In this document: piece by piece, positions 10,449-19,097 of the stretch
Layout of the letters: each line of letters opens with the position of its first letter
Numbering within the stretch: the stretch's first letter is position 1
Assembly (NCBI GenBank): GCA_017625465.1
Contig: JAGAKS010000016.1
Coordinates: forward strand, 221,104-285,103
Length of the DNA stretch: 64,000 nt
Direction: 5' to 3'
From: Clostridia bacterium
GTDB taxonomy: Bacteria; Bacillota; Clostridia; TANB77; CAG-508
Program-made: the position numbers and the translations under genes
Notes under the pieces: generated by a model
Told to the model about the DNA's origin: nothing
What the model saw: the letters and a program-made list of their open reading frames with translations, nothing else
Database searches by the model: none

Positions 10449-12189
10449 TTGTTTTCTTTTCTCCTAAAATTTTTGCGATTTCTTCATGTCTTTTAACCTT
10501 TGCTGTTGTTGTTTTGATAAGCTCTTCACTAGTAACTATAACATCTCTAATATGCTTATATGGAGGCATATTTTCATTTATTTTTGATATTGCTTCTTTC
10601 ATGTCTTTTAATATATCTTCTTCACTCTTATAACCATGAACCGCTTTTATTTCATCTTTATCATAAACAATTTTTACGCATATATCTAAATCATCATCCC
10701 AAGTTGGTCTACCATAAACAATACTTTCTTTAACAAAAGGAATATGATTTATTAAAGTCTCAAGTTCTTCTGGGAAAATATTTTTTCCATTTTTTTGAAC
10801 TATAACATTTTTCTTTCTACCAGTAATATAAAGGAAACCATCTTTATCTAAATATCCTAAATCTCCTGTATGATACCATCCATCTTGTATTGCTTCTTTT
10901 GTTTCTTTCTCCATTTGATAATAACCAAGCATTACATTTGGACCTTTTACTAATATTTCACCTATTCCAGTTTCATCTTTATCAATTATTTTTATTTCAA
11001 CATTTGATATAGCTTGACCTGTTGAACCTGCTCTTTCAGCAAAATCACTCTCAATTGATACAACTGGTGAAGTTTCTGTTAAGCCATAACCTTGAATAGC
11101 TCTTATACCTAGGTCTTGTAAACCTTTTAATATTTCAGGATCTATTGGTGCTGCAGCAGATACTAATAATCTTAAATGTCCGCCAAGAGCATTATGTACT
11201 TCCTTAAATACTTTATCTTTAACTTTTATGTGTAATTTGTCTAATACATTTGTAAGTTTTGCCATATTGTTTACAAGTTTTGTTTTGCCTTCTTTTTCAA
11301 TTTGCTTTTTAATACGTTTGTATAAAACCTCAACTATTGCTGGAACAGCTATTAATACAGTACATTCATATTCTGCTAAATTTTGAGCAATGTATTTTAA
11401 GCCATCACAGAAAGTATAAGTTGCTCCAACATATATTAAAACATTCATAACCAAAGCTGGAAGAGCATGATGAAAAGGAAGAAGCGCTAATGTACAATCT
11501 TTGTCATCAAATTTTAAAACAGAAGTTATTCCTAAAACATTTTCACATAAGTTTTTTGAAGAAAGCATTACTGCTTTTGACATGGCTGTTGTTCCAGAAG
11601 TAAATAGCATAACTGCCATAGCATTTTCATCAATAACAGCATCTAATTGACTTCTATCTCCGTTTTCAACTAATTTTTTGCCTTCTTCTACCAGCATTTT
11701 ATATGATAAAATACCATCTTCTTCTTTCTCAGCATCCATATTTATAAAATATTTTATAGAAGATAATTTTTCATCTCTGATTTTTTTCATTACCTCTAAA
11801 TATTTATCTTCAAAAACTATAGCCTCTGCTTCACTTCTTTCAGCTAAAGATATAATTTCGTTATCTGGTAAAGATTTATCAAGTGGAACTACTACTTTGT
11901 TTCCTGTAACACCTGCATAATATACTGCTATCCACTCATATCTATTTTTAGAAATAACAGCAACTCTTTTGTTTAGTAAACCCATTGCATTAAGTTTAGT
12001 TCCAAAAGCAGTTACTTCTTCTGCAAACTCTTTATATGTCATGTAGTTAAATTCTACTTTTTCATCTTTTTTGTACATTCTTTTTTTGAATTTAAAAATA
12101 TTATTATTACCATATAGTTCAACTGATTGGTTTAATAAATCTTTAAAATCTTTTATTTTTCTTATATTTTTATAACTAGTTTCTTTCAT
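10441..12189 (-). CDS. Long-chain fatty acid-CoA ligase (AMP-binding family)
   Basis: FTSGTT, QGYGLTETSP, HTGDLG, GRKKNVIV..GKNIFPEELE; start moved to the ATG after a GGAGG RBS. Confidence 0.9.
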   Translation of the reverse strand: MKETSYKNIRKIKDFKDLLNQSVELYGNNNIFKFKKRMYKKDEKVEFNYMTYKEFAEEVTAFGTKLNAMGLLNKRVAVISKNRYEWIAVYYAGVTGNKVVVPLDKSLPDNEIISLAERSEAEAIVFEDKYLEVMKKIRDEKLSSIKYFINMDAEKEEDGILSYKMLVEEGKKLVENGDRSQLDAVIDENAMAVMLFTSGTTAMSKAVMLSSKNLCENVLGITSVLKFDDKDCTLALLPFHHALPALVMNVLIYVGATYTFCDGLKYIAQNLAEYECTVLIAVPAIVEVLYKRIKKQIEKEGKTKLVNNMAKLTNVLDKLHIKVKDKVFKEVHNALGGHLRLLVSAAAPIDPEILKGLQDLGIRAIQGYGLTETSPVVSIESDFAERAGSTGQAISNVEIKIIDKDETGIGEILVKGPNVMLGYYQMEKETKEAIQDGWYHTGDLGYLDKDGFLYITGRKKNVIVQKNGKNIFPEELETLINHIPFVKESIVYGRPTWDDDLDICVKIVYDKDEIKAVHGYKSEEDILKDMKEAISKINENMPPYKHIRDVIVTSEELIKTTTAKVKRHEEIAKILGEKKTNE

Positions 12190-12316
12190 GGCATCCTCCA
12201 AGTTATATTTTAAAATCTCAAAACATAATATATCATAAAATCCTAAAAAAAGGAAGTATTATTTTAAACTTCAAAAAGCAACAAAAAGCGTGATTTTTTA
12301 TCACGCCTTCTTTTCT

Positions 12317-12733
12317 TTATTTTTCTTCTGGCATTAAACCTTTAGATTTCATTCTACGTTCAGTTTCTTTTGCAATATCTTCTCTATTAGTTGATAGATA
12401 TTGTCTACTTTCTTTGCATACATATCTTAATACAGGTACAGAAGTTGTAGCTCCATTTTTACCACGTTTGTATTCGTCTTGTTTTGTAAATTCTATAAAT
12501 GGATATACTTGACTTGGATCATCCATTAAACTTGGTTTTCTATAATCTGTATATACATAAATTTTTCCAGCTTGTTTTAATTGTTCTAACCATTCAGCAT
12601 TAATTTTTTGTTCTAATTGAGCTTGCATAGCTGGACTATCTTTAATTATATTAAAAATGTTTTTTATATCTCCATCTAAGATATAATCTTCTCCATATTT
12701 TTCTACTAACAATTTAATTTCTTCGTATTTCAA
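12317..12733 (-). CDS. Hypothetical protein
   Basis: 138-aa ORF with TTG start, AGGAGAGGG RBS and a downstream hairpin at about 12285-12315. Confidence 0.6.
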   Translation of the reverse strand: MKYEEIKLLVEKYGEDYILDGDIKNIFNIIKDSPAMQAQLEQKINAEWLEQLKQAGKIYVYTDYRKPSLMDDPSQVYPFIEFTKQDEYKRGKNGATTSVPVLRYVCKESRQYLSTNREDIAKETERRMKSKGLMPEEK

Positions 12734-12872
12734 AATTACCCTCTCCTTTTCTCTTTACAATAATATATTATACCACGCTTTGAGCAATTTGTCTATTAAA
12801 AAATTCGTTTTATATTGACTTTACAAATTATTTCTTATATTATAGGTTTAGAAAATTTTTGGAGGTATTATT

Positions 12873-13745
12873 ATGAGTAATAAACTAGTTTCATTTTTAT
12901 TTCAAACAAACGCATTTAAAGTATGTCCAGCAAACCAACCATTTTGGCTTACTTCTGGATTAATTTCACCATATTTTGTAAATACACATTTCTTATATGG
13001 CAATGAATCAGATTCAGTAGAATTATTAGACTTCATTACTAAAGCTTTAGAAACAGAAAGCAAAACTGATATACCAGGTTTAGTTTTTGAAAAAGTTTTA
13101 GACCAATACGAAAGAAATGAAGTATTTAAAACAACAATCGATTCTTTAAAAAATTTAATTGCTGCAAATATTGATTTAAAACAAATTGATTATGTTTCTG
13201 GTGGTGAAAGAAGAGATTGGTATTTTTCAATTATGATTGCTTATCTTTTGGGATTGCCACATATTACTTTATTTAAGGATCAATCTGCAGTTGTTAGTAC
13301 TTGTGATTTTGAAGAAAGTACAGAAGTTGAAAAGCTACAAGGTAAAAAAGTTTTACATGTTGCTGACCTACTTACAAAAGCTTCTAGTTATGTTAATTAC
13401 TGGGCACCAGCTATCAAAAAATTAGGCTCAGATATTTATTGGAGTGCAGTTGTTGTTGATAGATTAGAAGGTGGCGAAGAAACTTTAAAAGAATTAAGAA
13501 TAGAATCTCTATCTTTAGTAAAATTAGATAATTCTCTATTTTTAAAAGCTTTAGAATTAGGTGTTATCAACAAATCACAATTAGAAATGCTAAATGCATT
13601 TAAACAAGACCCTTACACTTATATGAGAAACTTTTTAATTGCTCATCCAGAGTTCTTAGAAAATGCTTTAAAAGCTGACCCTAAAACAGCAAAAAGAGCT
13701 CAAAGTTGTATAGATCAAGATTTATATCATTTAAAAAATGATTAA
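12873..13745 (+). CDS. pyrE: Orotate phosphoribosyltransferase (long form)
   Basis: FWLTSGLISPYFVN, PRPP-loop-like VLHVADLLT, VVVDRLEGG. Confidence 0.75.
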   Translation: MSNKLVSFLFQTNAFKVCPANQPFWLTSGLISPYFVNTHFLYGNESDSVELLDFITKALETESKTDIPGLVFEKVLDQYERNEVFKTTIDSLKNLIAANIDLKQIDYVSGGERRDWYFSIMIAYLLGLPHITLFKDQSAVVSTCDFEESTEVEKLQGKKVLHVADLLTKASSYVNYWAPAIKKLGSDIYWSAVVVDRLEGGEETLKELRIESLSLVKLDNSLFLKALELGVINKSQLEMLNAFKQDPYTYMRNFLIAHPEFLENALKADPKTAKRAQSCIDQDLYHLKND

Positions 13746-13770
13746 AATTTGAATGTCATTTAATTATATG

Positions 13771-13806
13771 AAAAACGGTTAATTTTATGAATAAATTAAC
13801 CGTTTT
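13771..13806. terminator. Bidirectional terminator between pyrE and the pilin-RCC1 gene
   Basis: AAAACGGTTAATTT...AAATTAACCGTTTT inverted repeat. Confidence 0.7.
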
Positions 13807-13813
13807 ATTATAT

Positions 13814-16800
13814 CTATATTTCTAGCTCTGGACATTCTACCCAGTTAAGTGCCGTTTTGTAGCGTGAATTTGATGTACCTCTACCTATGCCACTCCAACG
13901 ACCTAAAATACCATATTCATTAAAACCAGTTCCCCATACTGACCCATCAGATTTAACAGCAATAAAAGCATTTAACATACCATGTATAGAAACGACTTTA
14001 TTATTATTCGTTTCACTTCCAACATTCAATTTTATAAACTCTTTTTTTAATGAAGATGAAGGAGAATTGATTCCTAATAAATATTCTGGACCGACACCGT
14101 ATAAACTGCCTGTTTCTGTTAGTAATATTAAAGAATCATATGATTTTCCACACCAAGCATAATCAATAATTTTACCATCTAATCCTAAATCTTCATATGT
14201 AAATCGACTTAATTTAGTTTTTCCAGGCATATTTCCATAATTTGACCTATATCCTCCTAAAAATATACTACCATCATCCATCAACATAATAGTTTCTTCC
14301 CAAACCGTTTCCATTTTAACAACTTTGTCCGTATCTAAATCTTCTATAACAAACTCTGTAGCATTATCATAGTATGTTTCTGAAAGTCCTGTTCCTTGAC
14401 CATATATAGCACCCGTAAAATATGATTTTTTATTTGAAAAATAAATACAACTTGCAAAAAAATCACATATATCAGTAGTATTCGACGCTAGTAAAGTTTG
14501 TCTACTTAAGGGGTTACCTCCCATTCCGTTATATGAACTTTTTACCCAACTAGAATCATATTTTCCTTTATTTCCTACATATAATTTGTTATCAGTAGTT
14601 AAAACAAATGTAGAACCAGCTGAAAAAACAATTTTTTTAATTTTTCCAGCTATATTAATATCTGTAACTTTTCTAAAATATGAATCTGAATTAGAAATTT
14701 CTTCTAATGATTCTTCTCCAAACATTGTAAAATCTGACATAGCTATGTATGCATCATTATTTTTATCAATATATGCCAAAGTGCTTGAATCCCTTATGAA
14801 TATATCCTTAACATTACTTGATATTTTTTTCCAACTTTTCTCTAATATATTATCTCCGAACATAATTGATGATACATTATTAGTATAATAATTTTCATCT
14901 TCATCAATCAAAACTATTGAATAGCATTTTTGATCTGCTAAAGTAAAAATGTCATTTGAAAAACCTTTAATTTTTACATCTTTTAATTTAGAAATACCTT
15001 GTACATTTCCATTCCCAATCAAACAACTTAATGCTAAGCCATTATCTGACATAGCATTTTGAAATTCAACTGGTAAACCTAAAGTTCCAATTTGACCACT
15101 TCCCCATACTCTTCCACTATTCATAACATAAATAACAGCAAACCCTGTTGCACTATTTCCTATCATTTTGACATATTTTATATAATCATTCTTTTTCATT
15201 TCTTCTGGCATATAGTCATTTAATTTTAAATATGATTTAATTTTGCCATCTGATTCATAATATGCATCTGTATCTAATCCTAAATATTTTTGTTCTCTCG
15301 CATTACTTAATGAACCGTAAAAATAAACATCATTATTACTATCTCTAATTATTACTGGTGCTGGAGACCAACCTGAATCAATATCTACTACATTACTAAA
15401 TAAATCAATTTTAGTCATTTGATTTTCACTATTTATATAAATTATAGTCCCATTTTCTAATAAAGCATATAGTACAGAACCTTTAAATGTTATTTTTTTT
15501 ATTTTACTACTATAATTTGTACTAATATCATTATGATCTATAACCTTAACAAAAGAATCAGATTTGGTCAATGTTTTATTTACATAACCAGCCTTATATA
15601 TATCACCGTTATTCATTAAAACACCAACATATGTATTTCCACTATCATTACCGTTTCCGTCAATTATTTTTATTTCTTCATTCGGTAATCCTTGTACAAG
15701 TGAAAATTCATTCACCGTCATATCTTTTTGTCCAACACCTAAAGAATAATATGTTCCGTTATATCCTGCTCCATAAACTTTGTTTTCCTTAGTAATAACC
15801 CATGTACAATCCCCAGCCTCAAATACTTTATCAATTTTTTCTTCTTTATTGTCATTTGACTTTATAGAAATTTGTATTAAATCTCTTCCCGTAAACTCTT
15901 TTTGTTGCTCTACATTTAACCCTAATTTATTATTATCATTCGTTCCATATGCCCACAATTCATCATTTGAATTTATGACATAAACTGTATTTCTTCCGTA
16001 ATAAATTTTTTTAACATTTCCAGCAGTTGATGGAATAGTAAAATTTGTCCAATTGTTTACATCCAAAGAAGCCATTTCACTTTTAGTGTTTCCTAACGAT
16101 ATGCTCTTTGTACCTTTTCCATATAAATCACCATTATTATAAAGTTTATATATATTATTTGAATTTCTACTTGTTATTATTCTAAACCCATTTTGATTAT
16201 AATCTGGATTTTTTATTTTGTTTCCACTTTCATCTAATATATAATTTCCGTTTTCGTCCATTAAGTATTCACTTTGAACATTTCCAGCAAGTTTTTCTCC
16301 ACTTCCTGTTCCACTTACTTCTGCTTCTGCAAATAGTGGTTGCTCTATTGTTTCATTCATTACTGCTCTTGCCATATTTAAGCTATAGCATCTTACACCT
16401 TTTAGGCTTATTCCTGTCATTGAGAATATCATTCCTGTTGTTGCATCTATTAAATATGTTTTATTTCCTTTTATCTCTAAAGCTTCATTATTTAAGTAAT
16501 ATAAATCTTGTACACCAGCTGGATAAAATACTAATTCACTTTCAAAACTACTATTAAACGTATCTGCTGAGCTTAATATATCTGTAGTTGGCATTGTTGA
16601 AGTTAAGCTCCATACTCTATAATATCCTACTTCTCCAACTAATCTTTCTGCACTTGTTAAATCATTTGCATTGCACAAACCATTAGCTGGTATAGCTTTT
16701 ACTTCATCGCCTTGTGCTTCTATTATTTCTCCTGCTTTCCACATCTGCACTGCTTCTTCTACTGCTGACATTTCACTAAAAAATGATGCGTAGGTTGTTT

Positions 16801-16952
16801 TTGTTAGCACACCATTATCGCCCACAATAGCATTAATAGAAACACCAGCTAAGATAAGCATTACAATTATTGAAATAACTAATGCTATTAAGGTTATTCC
16901 GTTTTGCTTGCTTCAATATTTTCTTGCTTAGTTTTTTCTTCTGTTTTTCCAT
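13814..16952 (-). CDS. Giant type IV pilin-like adhesin with RCC1/BLIP-II-like repeats; needs a +1 shift at CGGA 16898-16901 (~1045 aa)
   Basis: ATG at 16952 gives MEKQKKKLSKKILKQAK then CGG; the +1 frame continues GITLIALVISIIVMLILAGVSINAIVGDNGVL (class III signal). Body has LWAYGTNDNNKLG / VWGTGFNEYGILG repeats. Confidence 0.8.
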
Positions 16953-17055
16953 ATCTTTCGTTTCCCTTCTATTATATTTTTTGAAGGAAATTTTAATATA
17001 GCAAAATAATTTTTCCCAATGAATGACCTATATTAAAAATTTCCTTCCGTACACA

Positions 17056-17145
17056 AAATACAAAAGTGAATCATATAGCAAATTTAAAATTTGTGCTACT
17101 TCACTTTCGTTATATAATCAGAAGGAAAACCACCTCTGATTATCG
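17056..17145 (-). promoter_or_regulatory. Structured 5' leader of the pilin-RCC1 gene (hairpin plus intrinsic terminator)
   Basis: Minus strand: AUAAUCAGA-GGUGGUUUUCCU-UCUGAUUAU hairpin, UAACG, then an AAAGUGAA...UUCACUUU stem and U-rich tail; second copy at 18645-18735. Confidence 0.5.
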
Positions 17146-17160
17146 TTTTACTTGACATTT

Positions 17161-17358
17161 TTTTTCGTTAATATAGTATATTAACGAAAAAGCTAAAATC
17201 AATATAATCTTAGAGGTGCAAAGTATTACCAAATTCACAAACATAAAAATATTGTTCAAAAAATGTTATAAATTTTTAATCATTAAAACCTTGACTTCTT
17301 ACGGAATTATGTGTATCATAATTTTAGATTAAATCGTTAATATACTATATAAACGAAA
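17161..17358. promoter_or_regulatory. Two palindromic sites in inverted orientation flanking a sigmaA-like promoter (invertible promoter or paired operators)
   Basis: Site 1 TTTTTCGTTAATATAGTATATTAACGAAAAA (17161-17191); site 2 TCGTTAATATACTATATAAACGAAA (17334-17358); TTGACT-17-TATCAT at 17291-17319. Confidence 0.55.
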
Positions 17359-17390
17359 GGCTTGATTTTACCCAAATCAAGCCTTTTTGT
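17356..17390 (+). terminator. Intrinsic terminator right after site 2 (possibly bidirectional)
   Basis: AAAGGCTTGATTT-TACCC-AAATCAAGCCTTT-TTGT. Confidence 0.7.
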
Positions 17391-17490
17391 TGTGTTTTCG
17401 TGTTATTTTTTAACAAAAAATAACAGAACTACTAATTATTTCATCAGTAATTCTGTATATCTTCAAAATTTGAATATTTATTATAAAAAA

Positions 17491-18392
17491 CTACTTATTT
17501 AATGCTTCAATTTCTGCTTTTGTTAATCCTGTTACTTTGATAATTAACTCTATATCACACTTTTCATTTAACATATTTTTAGCTATTTCTTTTGCTTTTT
17601 GATTGCTTCCCTCTTTTTTACCGTTTTTCTAATCCTTCTTTTATTCCGTTGTTGTAAACCTTCTTTCATTCCTCTACTTTTTAATGTTGCTATGTCATGT
17701 AAAAACTCTTCTCTTCGTATTGCTGCATTTATTTCTTGCATATTTGTTGTTACTTCGTTATAAACATCTGTTGCTTCTTTTATTTCTTCATTTTCCTCCA
17801 TATCTTCTCCCTTCAGATTGTTCGGATTAAGCAAAAACTGTGTCCATAATGCGATTTTTTCTTTCTCGCTTATCTCTCCTTTTTCAATCATTTCTTTTAT
17901 TTTCTCTAACGATATTATAACAATCTCAAGCTCGTCGGTCAATACTAATTCTGCATAACTTTCTTCTCTAAACTTCCATCTAAATGTATGTTTTGAATAC
18001 TTTTTTAAGTTATCTAAATTATTTTTCAAAAACATCACTGCTATTGTTCTTTTTGTAGTATCATAATTCTTTCCTCTTTCTAACCCGCTTCCAAATAATT
18101 TACATGCGTATCTTGTTAATCTTAAATCGATAAAATCATAGTTTCCTACCTGCATCTCCAAATTTATTTGCGTTCCATCTTTTGTTTGTACTAGAACATC
18201 TATTACTCCACCTTTTTCTGTGAATATTTCTGTTTCCAAGTTTTTCTGTTCTTCTAGCTCTTCTATTTTTACTTCCAACCCCAAAAATGCTTCAATAAAT
18301 TTTTCTGTAATTTTTTCATTACCTTTTCTTCCATAAATTCTTTTGAACATCCAATCATTTGTTGGATATATTTCTTTTCTTGTTTCGTTCAT
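17491..18392 (-). CDS. Rpn/PD-(D/E)XK nuclease family protein; full length (~299 aa) needs two +1 shifts (CGGA 17645-17648, CGGT 17620-17623)
   Basis: PTNDWMFKRIYG, IDVLV..INLEMQ core; recoded tail GMKEGLQQ-G-IKEGLEK-G-KKEGSNQKAKEIAKNMLNEKCDIELIIKVTGLTKAEIEALNK is the typical Rpn C-terminus. Confidence 0.88.
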
Positions 18393-18747
18393 TAAATTAT
18401 TCCTTTCTGATTTTTATTTGCAAGAACTGCAAAAAGAATACACAAATAAAACGTGGGAGCAAGTCACATTAATTTTGTAATACTATTAAATTGTTTAAAA
18501 TTTAAATATTGAAATTTGTTAGATAGTCATTTTAGAATTTGACTTTATCTAGATTTTTTGAAAATTTGCTTTTTAGAACAAAGCAAATTTATTGCAATTT
18601 CTTGCTTATGCATTGTATCTTAACACGGATTTTTAGTGTTGTCAATAAAAAAATTATGAGCATATTTAAAATTAAGATTTTAAATATGCTCAACTTTCCG
18701 TTAATTCTAGTAGGAAAACCACTACTAGATTTTCCTTACTTTTTTAA

Positions 18748-19086
18748 TTATTCTGTAATTTCTTTAACACTTCCATCTTCGTTATATTCTATTGGCTGAT
18801 TAGAATTTTCTTCATGTTCTACTCCAACAAAATCTGGATTGTCTATATACATTTGTAACATTGCTTCATCTGTTACGTTTGTCATTTTTTCTCCAGTTTC
18901 TTCGTTATATATTTGATAATATTTGTCACCTGTTGTTTCATCAACAACCTCATTATAGTTTACTTCAATATCTACTGTTCCATCTGTCTTTTGAGCATTA
19001 TTAGTTTTATTTTCTTTAAGCATAAACACAAAGCAAATTATAATTAAAATTGCTGAAATTATAAGTATTATATTTTTTCTTTCCAT
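18748..19086 (-). CDS. Small N-terminally anchored hypothetical protein
   Basis: 112 aa, one N-terminal TM helix, AGGAG RBS, 11 nt after the pilin-LRR gene. Confidence 0.7.
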   Translation of the reverse strand: MERKNIILIISAILIIICFVFMLKENKTNNAQKTDGTVDIEVNYNEVVDETTGDKYYQIYNEETGEKMTNVTDEAMLQMYIDNPDFVGVEHEENSNQPIEYNEDGSVKEITE

Positions 19087-19097
19087 CTTTTTCTCCT

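Noticed and set aside
18539-18799. Plus-strand 86-aa ORF, and similar ORFs at 22155-22436 and 26357-26584
   Set aside because: Low-complexity translations of AT-rich intergenic DNA containing hairpins; no coding evidence
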